DNA of 64,000 nucleotides from an uncultured bacterium (GTDB lineage: Bacteria; Myxococcota_A; UBA796; CAJQPC01). Made by a program: the position numbers and the translations under genes. The DNA lies in assembly GCA_905480105.1 (NCBI GenBank), contig CAJQPC010000081.1, positions 10,496 to 74,495 of the forward strand, in the 5' to 3' direction. Below the pieces are notes generated by a model, which saw only the letters and a list, made by a program, of their open reading frames with translations, did not search any database and was not told the origin of the DNA. This document shows positions 7,739-16,658 of the stretch, piece by piece (within the stretch, counting starts at the first letter, position 1; the number at the start of each line of letters is the position of its first letter).

Positions 7739-9793
7739 ATGACCCTCAGCCTCCTTGCTTCCTTTGGCCTCATCGGGATGCTCGCCTGTGACGGCGCAAG
7801 CGATTCGGAACCCGGCATCGACACGGCAGTGGAGGATACTGCCCCGCCGCCACCGGACAACGACACAGATGATGACGGAATCTTGGACCTTCACGAGGGT
7901 ACGGAGGACCAAGACGGCGACGGGGTGCCGAACTTCGAGGATCTGGACTCCGATGGAGACGGTCTTCTGGACGAGGTAGAGGCTGGCGATGATGACCTGT
8001 ACACCATGCCCTTCGACACCGACTTGGACGGCGTCCCGGACTACTTTGACCTGGACTCCGACGACAACTTGGTGGCTGATGCGATGGAGTCTGGTTCCAA
8101 GCCAAAGCTGGGCGTGGACACTGACTTAGATGGCGTTCCCGACTTTCGCGACTTTGACAACGACGGGGATCAGATCACCGACTTGTGGGAGATTACGGTC
8201 CTGGGCAACCCCGTGGACACCGACCTGGACGGGACCCCGGACTTCATGGACCTGGACTCCGACGGCGACGCGCTCTGCGACATCTGGGAAGGGGGAACCA
8301 CGAATTATCGCGAGGAGCCCATCGACTCGGATGACGATGGGACCTATGATTTCCGTGATCTTAACTCGGACGACGACGGGCTGAGCGACACGGATGAGGG
8401 CCAGGCTGCGCCCGGTTGTGGCGAGCCCAGCGACGCGGATGGCGACGGCACGTACAACTCAGCCGACGTGGACTCCGATGGGGACGGCCTGAGCGATGCG
8501 GACGAGATCAACATCTACAGGACCGATGCCTACGACTCGGACACGGACGGCGACGGCCAGACCGACGGCGCAGAGCTGGCCGCAGGGACGGATCCCTTGG
8601 ACAGCGAGTCCACCATCACGGGCGTGTACGTCGAGGTACAGGAGCGTTCCTCGGTGGAAGAGATCTTCGAGTTCGAGCCCAAGATTCAGTACGGCGACAT
8701 CGCATTCCTGATCGACACCACGGGTTCGATGAGCAGCACCCTGAGTGCCACCGCAGATCGTTTTTCAGAGATCGTCTCGGAGCTGGCCGGCACCTTTGAG
8801 AACATGGCCTTTGGCCTGGCTCAGTTTGACGACTACAACTACGGATCGATGGGTGGGGGCTCAGACAAGCCCTTCGCACTGCTCCAGCAGATCACCGACT
8901 CCGAGTCGGACATGCAGTCGGAGCTGAACACGATTCAGCTTCACTCGGGCGGGGACGGCCAAGAGTCGGACATGGAGGCGCTCTTCCAGGGTGCCACCGG
9001 TCAGGGATACGACCAGAACTGCAACGGCAGCTACGACGCATCGACGGACGTTGCGCCCTTTATCGGCGGTGGCTCGGACGACCCCTTCAGTGGCGGCGCG
9101 ACCTCCTCTTATGACTCCAAGGTCAGCGGAACGGGTAGCAATGGCGGCTTTGGTTTCCGAGACTACGCCCTTCCCGTCATGGTCTACGCAACCGATATCT
9201 ACATGCGTGACCCGGACTACACGGGGTCGCTGGGTGGGTTGACCACTACCCCAGGTGGCTGCAACTTTGACGCAGGTTCCGACGATGTGATCGCGGCTCT
9301 GAGTGACCTGGGTGGCTATATTATCGGTGTGGACGTGAGTTCCGGTGGTTCGACCTCCAGTTACTCGCCCTACAACCAGATGATCGAACTGGCCAACGCG
9401 ACCAACTCCGTGGCGGACTTGGACGGAGACGGCGACGCAAGTGACGAGCTGGTCTTTGTGGTGCCTCAGGGGGGCAGTGGCTTTGCTGAAGAGTTCAAGA
9501 ACAACGTGGTTACTGCTGTCGAGCAGCTGGTGGCCAGCGTCCAGTTCGAGAAGATCTCCCTGGATATTGAAGGGGACACTTATGGAATGGTCGAGTCCAT
9601 CTCTCCCGAGTACTACGAGAACATCGAGTGGGAGGGACTGGATAAGCTGGACTTCACGCTGAACTTCGCGGGCACCGTGCCTGCGACTCCAGAAGATCAG
9701 CTCTTTACGATGACCCTGCTCATCCTGGGCGACGACACCCTGCTGTTGGACAGCTTGGACATCGTGGTTGTGGTGCCTGGCACTGAGAACTGA
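7739..9793 (+). CDS. Lipoprotein with thrombospondin type-3-like Ca-binding repeats and a VWA domain
   Basis: Lipobox GMLAC|D. There are about a dozen DxDxDGxxDxxD repeats (DTDDDGILD, DQDGDGVPNFEDLDSDGDGLLD...). These are followed by IAFLIDTTGSMSS (DxTxS MIDAS-type VWA start). Confidence 0.8.
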   Translation: MTLSLLASFGLIGMLACDGASDSEPGIDTAVEDTAPPPPDNDTDDDGILDLHEGTEDQDGDGVPNFEDLDSDGDGLLDEVEAGDDDLYTMPFDTDLDGVPDYFDLDSDDNLVADAMESGSKPKLGVDTDLDGVPDFRDFDNDGDQITDLWEITVLGNPVDTDLDGTPDFMDLDSDGDALCDIWEGGTTNYREEPIDSDDDGTYDFRDLNSDDDGLSDTDEGQAAPGCGEPSDADGDGTYNSADVDSDGDGLSDADEINIYRTDAYDSDTDGDGQTDGAELAAGTDPLDSESTITGVYVEVQERSSVEEIFEFEPKIQYGDIAFLIDTTGSMSSTLSATADRFSEIVSELAGTFENMAFGLAQFDDYNYGSMGGGSDKPFALLQQITDSESDMQSELNTIQLHSGGDGQESDMEALFQGATGQGYDQNCNGSYDASTDVAPFIGGGSDDPFSGGATSSYDSKVSGTGSNGGFGFRDYALPVMVYATDIYMRDPDYTGSLGGLTTTPGGCNFDAGSDDVIAALSDLGGYIIGVDVSSGGSTSSYSPYNQMIELANATNSVADLDGDGDASDELVFVVPQGGSGFAEEFKNNVVTAVEQLVASVQFEKISLDIEGDTYGMVESISPEYYENIEWEGLDKLDFTLNFAGTVPATPEDQLFTMTLLILGDDTLLLDSLDIVVVVPGTEN

Positions 9794-9810
9794 TTCTTAG
9801 GAATCGCGAG

Positions 9811-9840
9811 AAAAGCCAGGCTCCGGTCTGGCTTTTTTTT
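9811..9840. terminator. Bidirectional rho-independent terminator
   Basis: AAAAGCCAG-gctccggt-CTGGCTTTTTTTT has a GC stem flanked by an A-tract and a T8 tract. It lies between the convergent genes ending at 9793 (+) and 9845 (-). Confidence 0.75.
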
Positions 9841-9844
9841 GTGC

Positions 9845-10810
9845 CTATTCGCAGGCGTCCAGCGCGCTCAATTCCCGTTCACAGCCATGACAGGCCAAGG
9901 TGCCGTGGTTCTCTCCACGCTCAAATAGGTTCCCTCCGACGAACCACATGGCCCCGTCCCACTGCCAGACTGCATGGAAGTGCTGCGAGGTCAGTGGAAA
10001 GCTGGGGATCTCCCAGCCATCGTCTCCAAGCTGCGCCATTACGCCGTAGTTGCCGGCCACCCACACGGTCTCGCCGGGGGCGGTCCATACGCCGCTGACT
10101 GGACCGTTGAGCTTCTGTACGCCGAGCTCCTCCCACTCTTGGCCCTGGTGGCGAAGCACAGTGGGGTTGCCTTGACCGCCGACTGCGTAGACATCCTCGG
10201 CGCTGCGCCCGCGCACGGTGACCAAGCGGGCGCTTGTGGGGACGGGGATCAGGGTCTCGCCTGAGATTCGCCAGGCTTGGCCATCGCCGACGATCCAGTC
10301 TTGCCAGACCTTGAAGGTCTGGCCAGGGATATCGCCCTTGATCAGGGTCCACTCGCCGTCCCAGTGCCAGACCTCGCCGCGCCCTGTGTCGCTGTGTCCG
10401 CCGACGGCCCACACGCTGTCATTGGCTGCGGCAAAGACCCCATAAAGGGTGGCGGTTGTGGGGATGTCCAAGCGCGTGAATTCGCCGTCCCAGTGGACAG
10501 CGGTTCCTTCTTCTCCCACCGCCCACCAGTCCTGGTCCGAGAGACCGTGGATCCACCACAGGGGATGCTCAGTCAGGGCCTCCTCCACGCATGCGGAGTT
10601 CGGTGTGATGCGTACCAGGTCACCGTGTGGGGTCTCGCTCCCCAGGTCTCCACCCACCAAGAGCATCTCTTGCTCCGTTGACCACGCCCCAAGCAGGACC
10701 GCGTTTCCGAGGGTGTCGCCGACCATGGTCCACGCTTCGGGTTCTGGAGACGCCGTGTCTTGGCGGTCGGTGCACTGGCAAGCCAGTAGCCATAGGACCC
10801 AGCTGCTCAC
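9845..10810 (-). CDS. Beta-propeller-like lipoprotein
   Basis: MSSWVLWLLAC|Q lipobox with a GTG start. Recurring blades of the type VWAVGG...W.WDG..W appear (WWAVGEEGTAVHWDGEF, VWAVGGHSD..EVWHWDGEW, VYAVGGQGN, VWVAGNYG, MWFVGGN). GTGA overlap with the cytochrome stop. Confidence 0.65.
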   Translation of the reverse strand: MSSWVLWLLACQCTDRQDTASPEPEAWTMVGDTLGNAVLLGAWSTEQEMLLVGGDLGSETPHGDLVRITPNSACVEEALTEHPLWWIHGLSDQDWWAVGEEGTAVHWDGEFTRLDIPTTATLYGVFAAANDSVWAVGGHSDTGRGEVWHWDGEWTLIKGDIPGQTFKVWQDWIVGDGQAWRISGETLIPVPTSARLVTVRGRSAEDVYAVGGQGNPTVLRHQGQEWEELGVQKLNGPVSGVWTAPGETVWVAGNYGVMAQLGDDGWEIPSFPLTSQHFHAVWQWDGAMWFVGGNLFERGENHGTLACHGCERELSALDACE

Positions 10811-12771
10811 TCCAGCACCACACCGATGGCCCGCTCGCGTACCTGTGCGGAGAGGGGGCCGGTCCCCTGGTGGGCAAAGTCGGTGAGCTGGTTTCCATCG
10901 GCGTCCAAGAACTGCAGGGCGTCGACGTCGGGTCCTTCTGGGTTGGTGAGCATGAACTCGCCGGTGCCGTAGCCGTAGACCCCGCGCACCCGCTCCATCT
11001 CCTCGGGGCTTTCATCTCTTCGGTGGCAGCTGCTGCAAGAGCGCGGTCGGGAAGAGGTGGTGTGCTGATCGAAGGGGGTCCAGCCGGTGATGTCGTGGTA
11101 GTCGTCGTTCTGTCGAAACACCCCGCCAAGCTCCTCGTCTCCGATGACCAGCTTGCCGTCAAAATCCGTCACGCTGAGCTGGACCTGTTGACTGGAGTGA
11201 CAGCTCTGGGCGCGGCCCTCTTCGTTCTCACACAGGATGAGAGTATCCAGGGAGAACCAAGAGCGTGAGCCGGTAGTCAGGCCAGGAGTCTTGGTCCCTG
11301 TCTGGTAGTCGGTCTGGTCCAGACGCATGTCCATGCCTACGTGACAGCCCAGGCACTGGACCTGCCAGGAGTTGTGGCAGGTGTCACAAGTCAATGAGTC
11401 GGTGTGGGACCAACCGTCGTCGTCTATCCCCATGCCCTCGTGTGCTCGGGGCAGCTCCCGCACCACGTCGTAGGCCTGATCGACCACGCGTTCTTGGCCG
11501 TCCATCTTGCCGGTCAAGATGACCTCGCCGTTGGAACCGGTGCTCAGTTGGGTCAGGGGGCGCCCACCTTGGGTGCGGTAGACCCCGTCTGCATCGGGCT
11601 CGACTCGCTCGCGAACGCCCCCGTGGCAGTCCTCGCACCGCAGCTCTTGTTGCTGCTTTGAGGTGGTGTAGATCCGCCCGTCTCCATGCACATCGGAGCC
11701 CACGTGGCAGTCCGCGCAGACCATGCCGTTCTGGAAGTGCACGTCCGGTGGGGTCTCGTCGCCATACTGGGTCGTGTCCTCGTCCAGGATGTAAAAGCCA
11801 CTGGTGTGGCCGTAGACGTTGTCCTCCCAGAGCTCTGCGTTGGGTGGGGTCTGGTCCGCCGAGAAGCCTCCCTCGCGGATGCCGCGGAAGTTCAGGCCGA
11901 TGCGTCCGCCTTGGAAGTGGCAGGTCGCGCACTGCTCGGCGGGAATGGCGGTCGTGAGCTCATGGCGTGCCGGATAGACCGGGTAGCTGGTGGGCATTGC
12001 CTCGTCGCTGCCCGTGTAGACGCCGTCCTCGTTGTAGACCATGTGGCAGGCGCTGCACCCGGTGGACCGGTAGAGCGCCTTGGAGTTGTTCTTGGGGTAC
12101 CCGGCCGCATGACAGGTGTTGCAGTTCTTGGCCAAGTAGTGGTCGTAGGCGGCCGCTTCCAGGGGACCGATGTTGTCGAACTCCTCCAGCTCAGCCAAGG
12201 CCGCGCGCAGCTCTGCTCCGTCCGGGGGCGGCAGGGTCTCCAAGCTGGGCACAGTGCCGGCGATGGAGCCATCCCAGTCGGGGTCAATCGCGGGGTGGGA
12301 GCCATAGAGCGCTTCTCGGTCCTGCAGCCCTGCGTAGAGTCGCGTGGGCATGTAGTGACCCGCATTGGTCGTCATGATCGAGTTCTTGACCGAGGCCACT
12401 TTGTCCGCATGGCAGCCTCCGCATGAGGCCTCTGCCGCCCGTATGTCTCCGGGGTTGATGAAGCGCAGGTAGTCCCCATCGATGCGGTCCAGCAAGTCGG
12501 GGGGAAAGTCTTTGATGAAACCGTGGGGAGCCTGGGGCAGCGTGCCGCGGATCTCAGCCCAGTCGTTGGGAACGGGCACGTGGGCATCTGCCAATTCGGT
12601 GGAGCTCCCGTTGCCGCCATGACAGACCGTGCACTCGCCCTCAAAGCCGGGGTGTGCCTCCTCGATGCCAACGTGGCAGCTCAGACAGGCCTCGCCGTCG
12701 GCCAGATTCCATTCGGCTTCACCGCCATTGCACTTGCAGGCCGACAGAAGCAAGAGTGCCAGAGCCCACAT
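10807..12771 (-). CDS. Multihaem c-type cytochrome lipoprotein (11 CxxCH)
   Basis: Lipobox LLLLSAC|K. Eleven canonical haem-binding motifs: CLSCH, CTVCH, CGGCH, CNTCH, CSACH, CATCH, CADCH, CEDCH, CDTCH, CLGCH, CSSCH. Confidence 0.9.
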   Translation of the reverse strand: MWALALLLLSACKCNGGEAEWNLADGEACLSCHVGIEEAHPGFEGECTVCHGGNGSSTELADAHVPVPNDWAEIRGTLPQAPHGFIKDFPPDLLDRIDGDYLRFINPGDIRAAEASCGGCHADKVASVKNSIMTTNAGHYMPTRLYAGLQDREALYGSHPAIDPDWDGSIAGTVPSLETLPPPDGAELRAALAELEEFDNIGPLEAAAYDHYLAKNCNTCHAAGYPKNNSKALYRSTGCSACHMVYNEDGVYTGSDEAMPTSYPVYPARHELTTAIPAEQCATCHFQGGRIGLNFRGIREGGFSADQTPPNAELWEDNVYGHTSGFYILDEDTTQYGDETPPDVHFQNGMVCADCHVGSDVHGDGRIYTTSKQQQELRCEDCHGGVRERVEPDADGVYRTQGGRPLTQLSTGSNGEVILTGKMDGQERVVDQAYDVVRELPRAHEGMGIDDDGWSHTDSLTCDTCHNSWQVQCLGCHVGMDMRLDQTDYQTGTKTPGLTTGSRSWFSLDTLILCENEEGRAQSCHSSQQVQLSVTDFDGKLVIGDEELGGVFRQNDDYHDITGWTPFDQHTTSSRPRSCSSCHRRDESPEEMERVRGVYGYGTGEFMLTNPEGPDVDALQFLDADGNQLTDFAHQGTGPLSAQVRERAIGVVLE

Positions 12772-13271
12772 CAGTCCACCTCGATGACCACGTCCACTTC
12801 GCCGGTGGCGGTGACGCCTTCGACATCGATGGCCTGGATTCGTAGGGTGGCCTGGGCCCCTTGCAAGCCGAACAGGTCATCGGCGCCTTGGTAGGTCTCT
12901 CGATCAAAGCCCACAACCAAGTCCCAGACCAGTCCGCTACCGTCGTCCTGGCAGTATGCGGTGGCCCCGGTGTTGGTAAAGGTGTCTGAGAGCGTGCCGT
13001 CTAACTCGGTCTCCAGGACTACTGGAAGTGGCGCGTTGCCGTCGCCCTCATCGACCACCAGTCCGCTGACTTTTGCCCGCACCCCCACGCCAAAGCCGCC
13101 TTGCGGTGCCGAGGTCAGGCCGACCGTCTGGCCCGATTCAAAGGGATAAAAGTCGCCGGCCAAGCCAGTGCCTACGACCAAGGTGGGCTCTCCGGTGGGC
13201 TCGCAGCCCAAGCCCGTATCCTGGTCTCCTTCACATCCGATGGCCAGCAAGATGAGCGACCACAACAACAT
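12771..13271 (-). CDS. Hypothetical lipoprotein (166 aa), first gene of the cytochrome trio
   Basis: The internal ATG gives MLLWSLILLAIGC|EGD. The predicted mature part is beta-rich. Its stop overlaps the cytochrome start (TGATG). The upstream extension to 13373 would overlap the purB start region. Confidence 0.55.
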   Translation of the reverse strand: MLLWSLILLAIGCEGDQDTGLGCEPTGEPTLVVGTGLAGDFYPFESGQTVGLTSAPQGGFGVGVRAKVSGLVVDEGDGNAPLPVVLETELDGTLSDTFTNTGATAYCQDDGSGLVWDLVVGFDRETYQGADDLFGLQGAQATLRIQAIDVEGVTATGEVDVVIEVD

Positions 13272-13365
13272 CGTGTCTCCTGTGTCCCTGCTGTGCCAAG
13301 CGTAGCCGGCCAGGGCCCGGTCCGCCCGGAGAGGGTTAGTCGGCCTGCATTCACAAGGCCAATCC

Positions 13366-14796
13366 ATGACCAAGCGCAGCTACGAGAACCCCCTGGTCAG
13401 CCGCTATGCCAGCAGCGAGATGTCCGAAGTCTTCTCTCCGCACACAAAGTTCAGTACCTGGCGCAAGTTGTGGTTGGCCCTGGCCGAGGCGGAGCAGGAG
13501 CTGGGCTTGGAGATCACCGATGCCCAGCTGGATGCCATGCGCATCACCTTGGAAGACATCGACTACGAGGCGGCCGCCACGTACGAGCGCCAGTTCCGCC
13601 ACGATGTCATGGCCCACGTGCATGCTTGGGGGGACCAGATTCCAGGCGCAAAGGCCATTATTCACTTGGGAGCGACCAGCTGCTACGTCGGGGACAACAC
13701 CGATCTGGTGGTCCTTCGCGCCGCTTTGGACCTGGTCATCCCGAAGTTGGCATCTGCCATCGGGCACCTGGCAAAGTTCGCCCGGAAATACAAGGACCAG
13801 CCCACCCTGGGGTTCACCCACTATCAGCCAGCACAGCTCACCACGGTGGGCAAGCGGGCCTGTCTCTGGCTGCAAGAGCTGCTGATGGATCTGCGGGCTC
13901 TGACACGCTGCCGAGCTGACCTGCGTTTCCGGGGGGTCAAGGGCACCACAGGCACCCAGGCCAGCTTTCTGGCGCTCTTAGACGGGGATCACGCCAAGGT
14001 AGAGGCGCTGGATGCCAAGGTCACGGCGAAATTTGGTTTTCCAAGTGCCTACAGGGTCACCGGGCAGACCTATAGTCGCAAGGTGGATCATGAGATCTTG
14101 AGTGCGCTGGCAAGCTTTGGCGCCACCGCCCACCGAATCGCCACCGACATTCGCTTGCTCGCCAACCTCAAGGAACTCGAGGAGCCCTTTGGCAAGAAGC
14201 AGATCGGCTCTTCAGCCATGGCCTACAAGCGCAATCCCATGCGCAGTGAGAGGGTCTGTGCCCTGTCCCGTCACATCATCGCGCTCTCTCAGGACAGTGC
14301 GTGGACGGCGGCCTTGCAGTGGATGGAGCGCACCCTGGACGACTCGGCCAACCGCCGAATCTCCCTTCCCGAGTCCTTCTTGGCGGCTGATGGTGTGCTC
14401 GAGGTCCTGGGCAATGTGTTCGCGGGTCTGGTGGTCTACCCAGCGGTCATCGCAAGACGCATCGCTGCTGAGCTGCCATTTATGGCCACGGAAAACCTGA
14501 TCATGGCGATGGTGCGCCGGGGAGCCGACCGCCAGGATGTGCACGAAGCGATTCGCGTACACAGCATGGCAGCCGCCGCGGTAGTCAAGCAGCAGGGCGG
14601 CGACAACGACCTAATCCAGCGCATCCAGGCCGATTCGTTCTTTGCGCCGATCCACGGGGACATCGACGCCTTGATGGATCCAGCCAGCTTTGTGGGCCGC
14701 GCACCGGAGCAGGTGGCCGCCTTCTTGACCCAGGAAGTGGAGCCAGCTCTGGCCCCATTTGGGCCCTTGGGCCAGGCCAGCGAGCTCAAGGTCTAG
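13366..14796 (+). CDS. purB: Adenylosuccinate lyase
   Basis: Full-length collinearity with the ADSL family: [67 protein letters not shown] and [15 protein letters not shown] (signature loop). Confidence 0.95.
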   Translation: MTKRSYENPLVSRYASSEMSEVFSPHTKFSTWRKLWLALAEAEQELGLEITDAQLDAMRITLEDIDYEAAATYERQFRHDVMAHVHAWGDQIPGAKAIIHLGATSCYVGDNTDLVVLRAALDLVIPKLASAIGHLAKFARKYKDQPTLGFTHYQPAQLTTVGKRACLWLQELLMDLRALTRCRADLRFRGVKGTTGTQASFLALLDGDHAKVEALDAKVTAKFGFPSAYRVTGQTYSRKVDHEILSALASFGATAHRIATDIRLLANLKELEEPFGKKQIGSSAMAYKRNPMRSERVCALSRHIIALSQDSAWTAALQWMERTLDDSANRRISLPESFLAADGVLEVLGNVFAGLVVYPAVIARRIAAELPFMATENLIMAMVRRGADRQDVHEAIRVHSMAAAAVVKQQGGDNDLIQRIQADSFFAPIHGDIDALMDPASFVGRAPEQVAAFLTQEVEPALAPFGPLGQASELKV

Positions 14797-14864
14797 GGGC
14801 CGGTTTTTTTGGACTGAAACCTGCGCAGGCCCAAGAGCTGTGGCCACTGCGCTACCCTTCGGCA

Positions 14865-16649
14865 ATGGCAGAGCTCAAGCACGACGGGGCCACTGTCCCG
14901 GTGGACCTCCAAGACTTAGACGAACGGGTCCGGAACGGTGTTCTTCCGGGCACCGCTCAGCTCCGCCATGCCCCATGGACTGGGGAGTCCTGGAGACTGC
15001 TCGAAGAGCTGCCCGAGCTCCGAGATGCCTTTCGAGCGCCAGGGGCGCGCATGGCTCAGCGCTTGGCCCACGCACCCACTTCGTGGGCGGCCATCGGTGT
15101 CTCTTTCTTGGTGCTGCTCTTTGGCGGCCTTCAGGTGGCCTCTGGGATGGGGTGGACCTTTCTGCTGCCCTTCTTTGAGAACGCTGCGGTGGGCTTTGAT
15201 CCCATGGTGTTTGAGGGGCGCTTTTGGGCGCCGTACAGCAGCCAGCTGATCCACGCAAACTTCGCGGTGCACCTCTTGGGCAACCTGTCGGTCATCGCCT
15301 ACAGCGGCTACCGCACCGAGCGGGCCTTGGGCCGAGATGGCTACTTCGTCGTGGCGATTCTCAGTCTGCTCTTCGGCACGCTCTTTGTCGTCTTGGGCCA
15401 GCGGGACCCGGTGATCGGCTCCAGCATCCTGGGCTTTGGTTTACTCGGCGCCCAGCTCACCATTGGCTTTCGCTTTGGGGACACCTTGCCCCCCTCGCAG
15501 CGGCGCTTTTATGGCTTTGGCAATCTGCTCTTTGTCGCCGTGATTCTGGCGGGCACCCTGAGCACCGCCAACGTCTCTCATTCCGCCCACGCCGGGGGTT
15601 TCGTCGGGGGCATGCTTGGGGCTCTGATCTGGAAGCCTCAGTTCTTGGTGGCCTTTCGCAGTCCCAAGGTGCTCTGGCCCGTGCTGGGCGCACTGGCGCT
15701 CTCTCCGATGCTCTTGGGGCCGGTGCTTCGGGTTCTCCCCGGTGCACTCTGGGGCTATCAAGACGTGGATGTGACCAAGGTCGGCGCAAACCTCCAGGTC
15801 CCTGGCCGCTTCTTGGCCCCAGTGGGTCAGGGTATTTCAGTGCGTGGCATGCCCGCTTGGCGCAGCTCCAAGAGCTCCGACGAACTCTTCTTCTGCGGTC
15901 TGATTGAGTTGGATTGGGATCGCGTGGCCCAGGGAGACCCTCTCGTCGGCGCCATGCTGGAGGATGACTGGGGCCGGCTCATCGAAGGGGCCCCGCGCGA
16001 GGTGACGCCCCCGCCCTCTCGGGGTCCGGGTTGGACCGCCCATGCCCTGGTCTTTGACGGGGAAAACGGAGCGCCGGACTACATGCTGGTGGAGCACCAC
16101 CGGCTGCAAGGGGTGTGGCTAAATCGAGTGGGCTATATCGTCACTTTGGACCAGGAAGGGGAGAGCAGCCTGCGTACGCCGATTTTCCAGGAGATGTTGG
16201 CCTCGATAGAGGTCGGAGAACCCCCTGAGCTGGCTGTAGCGCGTAGCGCGCACTTGGAGAATCCGGTCAGTGAACGCGCGCGCTTGGAGTTGGCCCGTGC
16301 TCTCTACAAAACCGGTGATCTGGAGCAGGCGGATGCGCTCTTTGCCCTTGTCATTGGCCAGGATGAGCGGTTGGCGGGGACAGCCGTGTTGGCGCGTCTT
16401 GAGCTGCAGGCCCGCTTCCCAGAGGTACACAGCTTGGGGGACGTGCCTTGGTTTGAGAAGTCGACCCAAGACTTTCCAGGTGACGGGCGCTTGGCCCGGA
16501 GTGCTGTTGGCCTGTTGGTGGCCAACGAGCGCTGCGCTCAGGCGCGCTTAGTGCACGAGGGTTTAGCGGCAGAGCGGCCGGAGGCGGTGGACCTGATGAC
16601 CACGGCGGCGGAGGTGATGGCGTGCGAGGAGAGGCAGGCGGCCGATTGA
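14865..16649 (+). CDS. Rhomboid-family intramembrane serine protease with extra N- and C-terminal domains
   Basis: Rhomboid motifs LIHANFAVHLLGN, VIGSSILG (GxSx catalytic Ser) and HSAHAGGFVGG (catalytic His). There is an approx 60-aa soluble N-terminal domain and an approx 300-aa C-terminal extension ending in TPR-like helices. Confidence 0.85.
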   Translation: MAELKHDGATVPVDLQDLDERVRNGVLPGTAQLRHAPWTGESWRLLEELPELRDAFRAPGARMAQRLAHAPTSWAAIGVSFLVLLFGGLQVASGMGWTFLLPFFENAAVGFDPMVFEGRFWAPYSSQLIHANFAVHLLGNLSVIAYSGYRTERALGRDGYFVVAILSLLFGTLFVVLGQRDPVIGSSILGFGLLGAQLTIGFRFGDTLPPSQRRFYGFGNLLFVAVILAGTLSTANVSHSAHAGGFVGGMLGALIWKPQFLVAFRSPKVLWPVLGALALSPMLLGPVLRVLPGALWGYQDVDVTKVGANLQVPGRFLAPVGQGISVRGMPAWRSSKSSDELFFCGLIELDWDRVAQGDPLVGAMLEDDWGRLIEGAPREVTPPPSRGPGWTAHALVFDGENGAPDYMLVEHHRLQGVWLNRVGYIVTLDQEGESSLRTPIFQEMLASIEVGEPPELAVARSAHLENPVSERARLELARALYKTGDLEQADALFALVIGQDERLAGTAVLARLELQARFPEVHSLGDVPWFEKSTQDFPGDGRLARSAVGLLVANERCAQARLVHEGLAAERPEAVDLMTTAAEVMACEERQAAD

Positions 16650-16658
16650 CCCTGCTTT

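Noticed and set aside
7850-8600. Periodic Asp-rich DNA repeats that could look like a repeat array
   Set aside because: They are in-frame coding repeats (TSP3 Ca-binding motifs) of one long ORF. They are not a CRISPR or non-coding array.
11190-11235. CENEEGRAQSCH as a twelfth, non-canonical (C-x9-CH) haem site in the cytochrome
   Set aside because: It could be coincidental. Known expanded motifs have other spacings, and I cannot test this without structure or MS. It is mentioned in the finding but not counted. Coordinates are approximate.
11384-12426. Several ORFs in other frames and on the opposite strand within the cytochrome gene (e.g. 11686-12426 +, 11384-11932 -)
   Set aside because: Only the 10807-12771 minus frame carries the 11 CxxCH motifs and a lipobox.
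14797-14864. Terminator after purB suggested by a T7 run (GGGGCCGGTTTTTTT)
   Set aside because: I could not find a convincing GC stem preceding the T-tract, only 4-bp GGCC self-complementarity. Left unannotated.
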